64,000 bases of DNA from Lactobacillus sp. (GTDB lineage Bacteria; Bacillota; Bacilli; Lactobacillales; Lactobacillaceae). A program made the position numbers and the translations under genes. The DNA lies in assembly GCA_030530865.1 (NCBI GenBank), contig JAUMUC010000006.1, positions 3,010-67,009 on the forward strand, written 5' to 3'. Under the pieces are notes generated by a model. The model was given only the letters and a program-made list of their open reading frames with translations. It was not told the origin of the DNA and searched no databases. Positions 9,856 through 20,100 of the stretch are shown piece after piece. Position 1 is the stretch's first letter, and every line of letters starts with the position of its first letter.

Positions 9856-9887
9856 AAAAAACTAGCTACTCACGTAACTAGTTTTTT
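9856..9887 (-). terminator. Intrinsic terminator of the 616-aa gene (GTGA tetraloop), a near copy of 4701-4732
   Basis: ACTAGTTAC-GTGA-GTAGCTAGT followed by a T run. Confidence 0.85.
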
Positions 9888-9889
9888 CT

Positions 9890-11740
9890 TTATTTCTTTT
9901 TCAATGCAACATAGTGTTTGGTAAATTTCTTAACACTAGCCAAAATCTTATTGTAGGCTTTCTTGATTTTAGCTGAAGATAACTTTTTCTTCTTCAACAA
10001 TTTCTTGGCAGATTTAATTGATGAAATGTAGGACTTTTTCATCTTCTTAGTAGCCTTTTTATAAGCCTTGGCTTTCTTTTGCTTCTTGTACTTCTTAACC
10101 AACTTCTTCAACATTGAACGTGTAATCTTTTTAGCTTTCTTAGATTTCTTAACTTTCTTTGTTGAAGTGCTCTTAGCCTTAGTAGTTGAACTTGAGCTTG
10201 TTGAACTACTTGTTTTACTTTCACTTGTTGATGAAGTACTTGTAGTAGCTTGTGAAGTTGAAGTTCCAGAGTTAGTAGATGAAGTTTGCTTACTGCTATC
10301 ACTTGCAGAGCTTGATGATTCCTTACTACTATCACTAGAACTGTTTGATGATTCCTTACTACTATCATTTTCACTACTTGTAGTAGTTTTATTATCATCC
10401 CCATCAGCCACGGCAGTTTGATTATTGTCATCAGCTTTTTCTTTATCTTGACCTGTTACAGCGTAGTCAAGCGTTGAACCATCGCTGAATGTCACAGTAA
10501 TGACACCATTAGGATCACTAGCTGTTGGCGTTTTACTCCACTTAGCACTTGCTCCACTTGGCAATGAACCACTTAGCAAAGTACTTGCAGCAGGTACATC
10601 CCCAGCATCAAAAGTTACACTACTTGCAACTTTGTATGGCAAAGATGAAGAATCCATTCCTGCATATAGAGCAGATTCTGTCGTAGTCAATGAATCGCCA
10701 TCACTGTAGATTTTGGCTGAAACTGAAAAGTCTTTGGTAGAACCATCACTGAACGTAATTCTGACAGTACCAGTTGGATCAGCATCAGTTGGTTCCTTTT
10801 CCCAGCTTGCACTTGCACCACTAGGTAAAGTTCCTTCAACAAGCGTTTCTGCCTTTGGTAATTGTCCATCTTTGAAAGAAACACTATCAGCAACACTCAC
10901 AGTAGAGTTATCAGCTTCACTAGCCACAACTGTATAAGTCATTGGTACTTCAAGTACTTGGCCGTTGGCCATTGTTACTTCTACTTTTGCAGTATGTTCA
11001 CCAACAGTTGAATTATCAATTCCAGTGACTTTATCAACCGATGCAGGTGTAGCACCGGTGAAATTAATATCACCATAGTCTGTAGTTACTCCATGAATCA
11101 ATTGTTTGCTTGCAGTGGCTGATACTTTAACCTTTTCAGGAATAACATCCCCATCAGAACCATCAGCATAAGTAATGGTGATTGAGCCATTATCATTGCC
11201 TGTGATTGAAGTGATTTCTGGAGAAATAGTCATACCAGCGTACTCAAATGAATTAACTGTACCAATAGTATTTTCTGCCAGATCGTCTGAAATCGAAGTT
11301 AATGGAGTGTCATCAGTGTAGTAAAGTGGTGACATATTATCTTCAATTTGATTTTGGAAAAGCGTTGATAACGATACTCTATAGACAGTAATCGTTACTG
11401 TTTTTGTAGTATTGTCTTTGAAAGTTACAACTGCAGTTAAATCAGTTGAGTCGTCTAAATCAACATTTTCAATGTCATCAGCATTGTACCATTCAATACT
11501 TTTAACGCTATCCTTGTCGTAACTTAAGCTCAATGCAGGGTCAGTAATTTGATCATAAATTGCATAGCCTTCATTTTCAACGGTAACGGTTTTATTCAAA
11601 CTTGAACTTGTTAAAGAGCTAGTTGAGCTGCTAGCGTGAACCATTGTAGGTGTATTGACCAAGCCTGATAATAAAGCAACACTGCATAGTCCCACTGCTA
11701 GCTTTCTCAAACTAAATGTTAAATGAGATTTTTTATCCAT
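9890..11740 (-). CDS. Secreted surface protein, 616 aa: YSIRK-like signal, Rib-like modules, Ser/Thr-rich linker, Lys-rich helical C-terminus, no LPxTG
   Basis: FSLRKLAVGLCS; two WxKxPTxxDPxG modules; poly-Ser stretch; KKLVKKYKKQKKAKAYKKA tail. Confidence 0.85.
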   Translation of the reverse strand: MDKKSHLTFSLRKLAVGLCSVALLSGLVNTPTMVHASSSTSSLTSSSLNKTVTVENEGYAIYDQITDPALSLSYDKDSVKSIEWYNADDIENVDLDDSTDLTAVVTFKDNTTKTVTITVYRVSLSTLFQNQIEDNMSPLYYTDDTPLTSISDDLAENTIGTVNSFEYAGMTISPEITSITGNDNGSITITYADGSDGDVIPEKVKVSATASKQLIHGVTTDYGDINFTGATPASVDKVTGIDNSTVGEHTAKVEVTMANGQVLEVPMTYTVVASEADNSTVSVADSVSFKDGQLPKAETLVEGTLPSGASASWEKEPTDADPTGTVRITFSDGSTKDFSVSAKIYSDGDSLTTTESALYAGMDSSSLPYKVASSVTFDAGDVPAASTLLSGSLPSGASAKWSKTPTASDPNGVITVTFSDGSTLDYAVTGQDKEKADDNNQTAVADGDDNKTTTSSENDSSKESSNSSSDSSKESSSSASDSSKQTSSTNSGTSTSQATTSTSSTSESKTSSSTSSSSTTKAKSTSTKKVKKSKKAKKITRSMLKKLVKKYKKQKKAKAYKKATKKMKKSYISSIKSAKKLLKKKKLSSAKIKKAYNKILASVKKFTKHYVALKKK

Positions 11741-11829
11741 AAAATTAAGCCCTTTCTATCCATTTTTAATGAATTATATCAGAAAGTATTTATTTTGTTT
11801 GAAAATAAATTTAAAAAAGTCTAAATATT

Positions 11830-11861
11830 AAAAAAGCTAACTGCATTACAGTTAGCTTTTT
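11830..11861 (-). terminator. Intrinsic terminator of the 751-aa gene
   Basis: A6-GCTAACTG...CAGTTAGC-T5; stem similar to 513-543. Confidence 0.8.
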
Positions 11862-11863
11862 AT

Positions 11864-14101
11864 TTAATCATTCTTCTTGAAACCCGCTAATCCCAAGAGT
11901 GAGACGATACTACCAATTAATAACCAAATTCTATTTTCACCAGTTTGTGGTAATTTCTTAGCCACTGGTTTAGTAGTCTTTGGTGTTGATGATTGTTTCT
12001 TAGAAACTTTAACTGGAGTTGTTGTTTTACCATCATTTGTAGTAACATCTTCAGTTTGTTCGTCTGCCTTAGTTGGTTCTGCAGGGGTTTCTTTGTCTTT
12101 CAAGTAAACCTTAACTGGGTAATCAAGGACTGAACCATCATTGAATTGAATTTCAATTTCACCATTTGGATCATCTTTTGAAGGTAACTTCTTCCAAGTT
12201 ACTTTAGCACCTTCTGGCAAGTTGCCTGTCACTAAAGTTCTAGCGTCAGGAACTTCTTCAACAGAAGTTTCTTTGTTAATTTGATATGGTGTATCTTCAA
12301 TATCACGATAAAGATCAGCTTCAGTACCTGTTAATGGGTCGCCACCCTTATAAGCATGACCGACAATTGGGTAGTCAATACTTGAACCATCTTTGAATGT
12401 GACAGTTAATTCACCATTTGGATCTTCTGGTGTTGGTTGCTTCTTCCAACTTGCCTTAGCACCGTCTGGCAATTCACCAGTAATTACTTCACTTGGTTCT
12501 GGCAACTTACCATATTCATACTTGAAAGTACTTGGTACTTGATATGGAGTATTGTCCAATTCTTTGTACAAATCAGCTTCGGTACCAGTTAATGGATCTC
12601 CGCCTTTATAGGCATGTCCGACAATTGGGTAGTCAATAGTTGAACCGTCGCTGAATGTGACAGTTACTGTACCATTTGGATCTTCTGGCGTTGGTTGCTT
12701 CTTCCAACTTGCCTTAGCACCATCTGGCAATTCACCAGTTACTTCATCACTAGCATCAGGTAATTTACCTGCAGGGAATCTAAAACTGTTGTTGATGTGA
12801 TATGGTAATTCACTATCATCCATATTACGATACCAATCAGCTTCATAGTTTGTTAATGGCTCACCCTTGGTATAAGCATAGCCCTTGGTATCATATTCAA
12901 AGCTGTGACCAGAATCAAAGTCAATCTTTACTTTTGCATCTGGATCTTCAGGTGTTGGTTCCTTTTCCCAAGTAGCTGTTCCGCCTTCTGGAATATCGCC
13001 TTCAAACACAGTAGCTGGATCTGGGACATGTCCATCTTCATACTTAAATTCAGGCTTAACTGCAGGCAAAATATGTACCTTAACAGTCTTAGTTACACCT
13101 TTAGTCAAAGGTGATTGTTGAATATCATAACCAGCTGTGACTGTATAGTCACCTGACTTTGAAGTATCTAGATCAACATTCTGTGGTGTAACAATAATGT
13201 TATCGCCTTCTAGCAATTTATTTCTCTTTTCATTGTCATAAATTGCATCATTAACGTTATCGCCAGTGTAAATATAAACGTCATCGTTAATAGTTGACAA
13301 CATATCAATATTAATTTGGCCTTTAGCTAAATGACGAGGTCCACGAGCGTAAGTAAAGTAATTTTGTCCTTCAATACCGAAGTAACGGTCCCACACTTGC
13401 AAAGAGTCAAACTTATTACTATTACTGAATTTAGGCTCAACATAAAAGTTAGTAGGATCTAATCCTAAGTCTTTAATCTTCTGCTCAACCTGTGCCTTTA
13501 ATTCGTCACTAACGTGATTATGTGACTTAACTAATTCATCTGCATAGTCTTGTAATTCTTGCCAAACTTCTTGAGTGTCCAGAGTTACATACTTATCTTC
13601 CTCAAATGAAACTGAAGCTAATTTTTTATATTTGTCATATGCATAAAAAACAGTTGGCTTATCCTGAGCTGTTAAAATTCTAACTTGATCTTTTAACTGA
13701 TAAATTGGCCGAATCGTACCATCACTTAAATAAAGTACTGCTTGATAATATGGAACCTTAGTAAGAGCAATCGTTTTAGTACTGTCATCTGTAAAAGTAA
13801 CAGTAATACTATTGTTGCTTAAAGTAGCTGACTTGTAGCCTGTCAATTGTTGAGATACTAGATTTTCGATTGTTTGATCGGTGAAATATCCACTACCTGC
13901 CTTTGGTACCTTAATTGATACAGAATCAGGTGCTTTATCAGCTAAAGTATCTGATTGAGCAACGGTCGTTGTATCATCAGCATAAACAACTTGCGAATGT
14001 TGTAAATTAGTTGCAAAAATAAACAAAGTGGCAATACTGCATAATCCAATTGTTAATTTTCTTAACTTAAATTTAGGCTGCATTCTTCCATCTTTAAACA
14101 T
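11864..14101 (-). CDS. LPxTG-anchored surface protein with four Rib-like ~86-aa repeats
   Basis: FKLRKLTIGLCS signal; 258-bp repeat offset (12414 and 12672); LPQTG. Start moved to the ATG at 14101 after GGGAG. Confidence 0.88.
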   Translation of the reverse strand: MFKDGRMQPKFKLRKLTIGLCSIATLFIFATNLQHSQVVYADDTTTVAQSDTLADKAPDSVSIKVPKAGSGYFTDQTIENLVSQQLTGYKSATLSNNSITVTFTDDSTKTIALTKVPYYQAVLYLSDGTIRPIYQLKDQVRILTAQDKPTVFYAYDKYKKLASVSFEEDKYVTLDTQEVWQELQDYADELVKSHNHVSDELKAQVEQKIKDLGLDPTNFYVEPKFSNSNKFDSLQVWDRYFGIEGQNYFTYARGPRHLAKGQINIDMLSTINDDVYIYTGDNVNDAIYDNEKRNKLLEGDNIIVTPQNVDLDTSKSGDYTVTAGYDIQQSPLTKGVTKTVKVHILPAVKPEFKYEDGHVPDPATVFEGDIPEGGTATWEKEPTPEDPDAKVKIDFDSGHSFEYDTKGYAYTKGEPLTNYEADWYRNMDDSELPYHINNSFRFPAGKLPDASDEVTGELPDGAKASWKKQPTPEDPNGTVTVTFSDGSTIDYPIVGHAYKGGDPLTGTEADLYKELDNTPYQVPSTFKYEYGKLPEPSEVITGELPDGAKASWKKQPTPEDPNGELTVTFKDGSSIDYPIVGHAYKGGDPLTGTEADLYRDIEDTPYQINKETSVEEVPDARTLVTGNLPEGAKVTWKKLPSKDDPNGEIEIQFNDGSVLDYPVKVYLKDKETPAEPTKADEQTEDVTTNDGKTTTPVKVSKKQSSTPKTTKPVAKKLPQTGENRIWLLIGSIVSLLGLAGFKKND

Positions 14102-14153
14102 AATTTTTTCATCTCCCACTTATTTTTCATCCATTCGTTTCAATCTTAGCACA

Positions 14154-14186
14154 GAAAAAGTCAAAGCTGTTGTACTTTGACTTTTC
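14154..14186 (-). terminator. Intrinsic terminator of the 924-aa gene
   Basis: AAAAGTCAAAG...CTTTGACTTTT hairpin. Confidence 0.75.
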
Positions 14187-14210
14187 AATTTGTTGCACTA
14201 TTGAATTTTA

Positions 14211-16985
14211 TTATTTTTCTTTTTTATAAGCAAGTCCTAGAACACTTACTAAAGCAGTTACTGAACCAGCAATCAATGCTAAAGTGTCGTTTTCACCAGT
14301 TTGTGGCAATTTCTTTGCAGTTGCTTTGCTTTCAGTTCTCTTAGCACGAGGGGTCTTTGAGCCTTCACTTGCCTTAGTAGTTTTAGCTGTTGCTTTAGAC
14401 TTATCTTTCTTGTCAGTAGCTGCAGCTTCTTGCTTAGCTTCAACAGTCACAACAACTGTCTTTGAAACCTTGTTACCGTCTGCATCAACACCGGTTACAG
14501 TAACAGTTTGTTCACCGGTCTTGTTTGGATCGTAACCTTCTACAGTAAAGTCTTTGTAGTCACCTGCATCAGTAACTAACTTGTTAACGTCAAGATCTTC
14601 ACCTTGTTGTAACTTGTAACCCGCAACAGTGAAGTCACGCTTCTTTGGTGATACAGTCACAACAATTGTCTTAACTGACTTATCACCATTTACAGTTACA
14701 CCAGTGATTGTTACAACTTGTTCACCAGCCTTGTTTGGATCGTAGCCAGTGATTGTGAAGTCCTTGTAGTTACCTGTTGATGAAACTAACTTGTTAACAT
14801 CAAGGTCTTCACCTTCTTTAGCTGTGTACTTTTCCACTACTGTGTAGTCTTCTGGTACTACAGTTACCTTAACTGTCTTTGAAGCCTTGTTTCCTGCGTT
14901 GTCAGTTCCTGTAACAGTTACTTCTTGAACTCCAGGAAGGTCCTTGTTGTAGCCACTTACTGTGAAGTCCTTGTAGTCACCTGTTGATGATACTAACTTG
15001 TTAACATCAAGGTCTTCACCTTCTTTAGCCGTGTACTTTTCAACTACTGTGTAGTCTTCTGGTACTACAGTTACCTTAACTGTCTTTGAAACCTTGTTTC
15101 CATCAGTATCAGTACCTGTAACAGTCACTGTTTGTAAACCAGGCATAGTCTTATCGTAATCTGATAATTCAAAGTCCTTGTAAGTACCTTCATCTGAAAC
15201 CAAAGTCTTGGCATCAAGATCAGTACCTTGTTTTACAGTTGTACTTTCAATTATTGAGTAATCTACAGGAACAACATTAACTGCTACATCAGTTTCTACA
15301 GTCTTACCGTTTGCAGTGTATTTTACATGGGCAGTTTGACTACCTAACTTGCTTGTATCTAAATTAGTAATTTCTACATTTTCAGCAGTTTCGCCTGGCA
15401 ATGAGCTCTTAGCTTGATCAACTAATTTAGCAAAGTCAGCAGTATCATTTTGGTTAATTTGAACATATTCAGCTGGAGTTAACCAGTATTCATTAACAGT
15501 CAAGTTTGGAGTAACTTCTGAAGTTGTACCATCACCATAGGTAATCTTAATCTTAACTTGGCTAGTACCAGCAGTGTTTACGTCTGGTGTAGTTTCAAAT
15601 TCCAATTTTGCATAATCAGGGTTTTTGAATACATCGTCAGTTAAGAAATCTTGTGGAGTAACAGCAGTACCCTTGTTAATAGTCACATCTTTAGCAACTT
15701 CAAGCTTAGTGTCCTTAACAATCCAATTGTCAGTCTTAGGTGACCAATCCCACTTGTGTTGCGTATCCTTGTTGTAGTGAACTACGTATGTACCTGCTCC
15801 AGCCTTTTCAGTTGAAATTGGTTGAAGAGTCTTAGAGTCAAGTAAAGTAAAGTCAGAAATAGCAGCGTCGTAGATTTGGTTTTGAGCTACTTCCCATTCT
15901 TGGTCAACAATGTTGCCGTAAAGGTCCTTAACAAAGTGGATGTAGTCGTCTTGGCTGTAGTTATCACCGACGTTTAAAACGATATCCTTAGCCCATGCAC
16001 CCTTGTCTTTACCACGGTTGTAGAATGAGCTTGCTGGCAAGTTCAAAGTATCGATAATCAAGAAACTTGAATCAAGCATATGTTGGCTAGTACCATCACG
16101 GAAAGTGATAGTGGCACCATTACCACGCATAATCTTGTAGATATCTTCGTTGAATTTTTCTGCATTTGGAACAGTACTATCAGCATATGGTTTGTAATCT
16201 GGATACTTAGTGAAGTCCCAGGTTGATGTGTCAGTATCCATTGTTACAGAAGTAATGTTGATCAAATCTTGTTCAGTAACAGTCCGACCTTTGCCGTTAC
16301 CGCCAGTAAATGGGAACATCCATGACCAGTCGTTAGCAAGCTTTTTGTAATCATCAGTTGATGAGAAAGTAGGCTTGTCGTTATATGGTGTAATACCAAG
16401 GTTTGAAAATGTGAACAAAGAAAGGTCAACATCTGCCATTCTCATAAATGGAATTGAAGTTTCCCAACCATCGTGATCAATACCATCAGCAAAAGTAATT
16501 GTTGCCTTAGGGTTGTTAGCATCACTCAAGTCCTTGGTTGCTGTAACACCATTTTCTGAGAAGAATTGATCTTGATCATAATCAGTTTGGTATTTTGATT
16601 TAATGTCTGCGACAATCTTGTCGTATGATGCCTTAGCAGCAGTTTGATCAACAGTTGTGCTTGTTGTGTCAGCTAATACCAAAGTTTTGCTATCAGCTAC
16701 CTTTTTAGTGTTGTCATTTGATGTATCAACACTTGAAGTGTCAGAAGTTGTGTCTGCTACAGATGATGCACTATTGTCAGTACTGCTACTTTCTGTACTA
16801 TTGTCAGTAGTAGTTGCTGACTTATCACTATCAGTAGTTTGAGTAGTTTGTGCACTTGCATCTGAAGAAACTTCATCAGCTAATACAGTATGATTAGCAA
16901 AAATAGTTAATAATGTAACACTGCATAAACCAACAGTTAATTTACGAAGTCTATAAGATGGCTTCTTTTCTTCGAATCTATTCAT
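14211..16985 (-). CDS. LPxTG-anchored surface protein, 924 aa: unique N-terminal domain, Rib-like domain, ~69-aa Ig-like repeats
   Basis: YRLRKLTVGLCS; TPDVNTAG..KITYGDGT Rib-like motif; 207-bp repeat offset (14760 and 14967); LPQTG. Confidence 0.9.
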   Translation of the reverse strand: MNRFEEKKPSYRLRKLTVGLCSVTLLTIFANHTVLADEVSSDASAQTTQTTDSDKSATTTDNSTESSSTDNSASSVADTTSDTSSVDTSNDNTKKVADSKTLVLADTTSTTVDQTAAKASYDKIVADIKSKYQTDYDQDQFFSENGVTATKDLSDANNPKATITFADGIDHDGWETSIPFMRMADVDLSLFTFSNLGITPYNDKPTFSSTDDYKKLANDWSWMFPFTGGNGKGRTVTEQDLINITSVTMDTDTSTWDFTKYPDYKPYADSTVPNAEKFNEDIYKIMRGNGATITFRDGTSQHMLDSSFLIIDTLNLPASSFYNRGKDKGAWAKDIVLNVGDNYSQDDYIHFVKDLYGNIVDQEWEVAQNQIYDAAISDFTLLDSKTLQPISTEKAGAGTYVVHYNKDTQHKWDWSPKTDNWIVKDTKLEVAKDVTINKGTAVTPQDFLTDDVFKNPDYAKLEFETTPDVNTAGTSQVKIKITYGDGTTSEVTPNLTVNEYWLTPAEYVQINQNDTADFAKLVDQAKSSLPGETAENVEITNLDTSKLGSQTAHVKYTANGKTVETDVAVNVVPVDYSIIESTTVKQGTDLDAKTLVSDEGTYKDFELSDYDKTMPGLQTVTVTGTDTDGNKVSKTVKVTVVPEDYTVVEKYTAKEGEDLDVNKLVSSTGDYKDFTVSGYNKDLPGVQEVTVTGTDNAGNKASKTVKVTVVPEDYTVVEKYTAKEGEDLDVNKLVSSTGNYKDFTITGYDPNKAGEQVVTITGVTVNGDKSVKTIVVTVSPKKRDFTVAGYKLQQGEDLDVNKLVTDAGDYKDFTVEGYDPNKTGEQTVTVTGVDADGNKVSKTVVVTVEAKQEAAATDKKDKSKATAKTTKASEGSKTPRAKRTESKATAKKLPQTGENDTLALIAGSVTALVSVLGLAYKKEK

Positions 16986-17109
16986 TTTTAATCTCCATAT
17001 ATTTAAAATTTAGCAAAAAATCTTAACATCATCTTATACTTTCTACAATAATTTTTAGGAAAATATTTAAACTTTAAGTTTTATATGTCAAACGTTTTCA
17101 TATACAAAT

Positions 17110-17156
17110 AAAAAAAAAAAAAAAAAAAACTAAACTCTTACGAGTTTAGCTTTTTT
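17110..17156 (-). terminator. Terminator of the 3067-aa gene with a 20-nt poly(T) tail (A20 on the plus strand, 17110-17129)
   Basis: Minus strand CTAAACTC-GTAA-GAGTTTAG followed by T20. Confidence 0.85.
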
Positions 17157-17158
17157 GA

Positions 17159-20100
17159 TTATTTCTTCTTTTTGTAACCTAGTCCAAGTAAACCGATAAA
17201 TGCTGAAATTGATCCTGCTAACAATGCGATTGCACTGTTATCACCAGTTTGTGGCAATGTCTTGGCAGCTTGCTTTACAGGAGCAACTTGCTTTTTAACT
17301 ACAGAAGTTGCTTTAACAGTTGTAGTTGTTGGTTTAACTTCTTTAGTCTTAGCTACTTTTGTAGTAGTTTGTTTTTCAGGTTTATCATTACTTGGCTTAG
17401 TAACTGGCAAGTAATTTATTGAATCGTGGAAGACAATTGAAATCTTACCTGCTGCTAAGCTAGGGTCTTCAGTAATATTAACTGAGTAATTGTTATTGCT
17501 ATCATTAACAATATCGACTCTCATACCATACTTATGACTTCTATCAAACAATTGGTCCTTGTTATCAGTCAAAATCTTTTGCAATTCGGCTACTTGTGGG
17601 CCAGTAATTGTTTGCTTAGTTGGATCAACACTATAACCATTCACATTTGGAGCAGTTACAGTTTGATATGCGAAGCCATCTGGTAAGTTACTAATTGAAA
17701 TAATTTGATGTCCATTTGGATCGTAATTAGTTTGAATAGTTGCTGACTTGAAGTCTTTATCAGTGTCAGTACTCTTCACTGCTTTACCATCAGACAAGTA
17801 TTCATATTCACTAGTAAGTGTAATTTCAGATGTTGGGTTGTAGTTAGCAACTTGTTTGAGCACAACATTAATCTTACCTGCTGGCAATGAGTCATCTTGC
17901 GTAATCTTGGCAGTATATTGGTCGCCAGCTTTAACTACTTCCATCCGTAAACCATGCTTATATTCGTAATTGAATAAAGTAGCTTGGTTATCAGTTAAAA
18001 GCTTTTGTAAATCACTAGCCTTGAGACCAGCCAAAGTTTGATCGGCAGTTGTGTAACCAGCAATTTCTGGAACAGTCACATCAGCAAAGCCATAGTTTTC
18101 TGGAATTGCACTAAAGTTTTTAATTTCCTTAGTTGTTGGATCATACTCTGTGTTCAAAACGATTGGATTTTGCTGTTCTGACTTAGTTGGCTTGCTAATT
18201 TCCTTGCCAGTAGCTGTAGAAACGTAATCAATTTCACGACTAATTACTAAATCAACTACTGGGTTGTAGTGATCTATTTCATGGTAAACAACTGAAATTG
18301 ACTTAGCTGGTAAGCTACTATCTTCACTAATTGTTACATCCCCATGATCATCAATATCAACACGCATACCAGTCTTGTTGCTTGCTCTCATTAGCTTATC
18401 TTGATTTGCTAACAAAATCTTATGTAAGTCACTACTTGATAAGCCAGGTAAAGTCTGATCTGCAGCAGTGTGATCCTTCACAACTGGTGAAGAAACTTCT
18501 CCATAGGCAAAGTCAGTTGGTAAATCACTAAAGTGTTTGATTTCGTGACTATTTACATCATATTCAGTAGTCAATGTTGTTGTCTTGAAATCTTTATTTT
18601 CATCAGTCTGCTTCACTTGTTGACCAGTTTTATTTAAAACGTAAGTAGTTTCTCGACTTACTGATACTTGAATATCAGGATTGTAGTGAGCAACTTGATG
18701 AAGCACGATGTTTACTTTTCCTGCTGGAAGAGTTTTGTCAGCCACAACATTAGTAATTAACTTATCACCATCTTTAGTGACATCAAGTTTGTATCCACTA
18801 GTTGCATTGGCATCAAATAATTGATCCTTGTGGCTTTCTAAGATTTGTTGAATTTCTTGTTCAGTCAAGCCACTAAGACTAGCATCAGCAGCTTCAAGTT
18901 CATAACCAGCAACCTTATTACTTGGGTTAAATTGGTCATAACTGAAATCGGTTGGTAATGATCCAATTGCAGTTAACTTGTGGTCATCAGTATAAGTGGT
19001 GCTAATATTTGTCGTTGCTAAGTTTTGACTGTCAGTAGTTTTAGCTACTTCTTCACCAGTTGCATTTGAAACATACTTGACTTCACGGCTAATTTCAACT
19101 GATGAAACTGGGTGGTAATGTGCAGTTTCGTGGTAGACAACTGAAATTGACTTAGCTGGTAAGTTACTATCTTCAGTCACAGTTGCTACGCCGTTAGTAA
19201 TATCGACCCGCATACCATGAGCGTTATCACCAGCAAAGAGTTTATCTTGATTGTCAGTCAAAATCTTTTGTAAGTCACTACTTGATAAGCCCTTTAGAAC
19301 TTGATCATTTGTATCTACTTCATAACCTGAAATAGCTTGAGCTTGCTTGTCTGGGTAAGCAAAATCAGTTGGAACATTGCTGAAACTAGTCAAACTATGA
19401 TTTGTTTGATCATATTTGGTGGTTAAAGTAGTGCTGTTGAAATCTTTATTTTCATCAGTCTTCTTAACTTGTTGACCAGTCTTATTTGAAACATAAGTAG
19501 TTTCTCGACTCACTGATACTTGAATATCAGGGTTGTAGTGAGCGACTTGATGAAGCACGACCGCAACTTGGCCAGCTGCTAAATCGTTATCTTCACTTAA
19601 TTCAGACTTGTATTCATTACCCACCTTAGTTACATCAATCTTGTAACCATGACTAGCATTATTAGCAAACAAAGTATCCTTGTAGTCGTTCAAAATCTTT
19701 TGAATATCAGTATCTTGTAAACCAGTTAAAGTCTTGTCACTATCATCAACAATGTAGTTAGCAACATTTGGAGAAGCAACATTTTGATAATCAAAGTCTG
19801 CTGGAACTGAACCGATAGACTTAATTTGATGAGTTTCTGCATCATATTCAGTATTGATCTTAGCAGTGTTGAAATCATCATTTTCAGTAAGATCATGTAC
19901 TGCTTCACCAGTTGCATTTGAAACATACTTAATTTCTTGACTAACAGTAATCTCAGCTATTGGGTTGAAGTGAGCAGTTTCGTTATAAACAAAGGCAATA
20001 GTATGAGCTGACAATGAAGTGTTTTCACTAACAGTTCCAGTGTAACCATTAGCAGTCTTAGTCACAGTCACTGTGAATCCATGCTTAGCATCCCCAGCAA

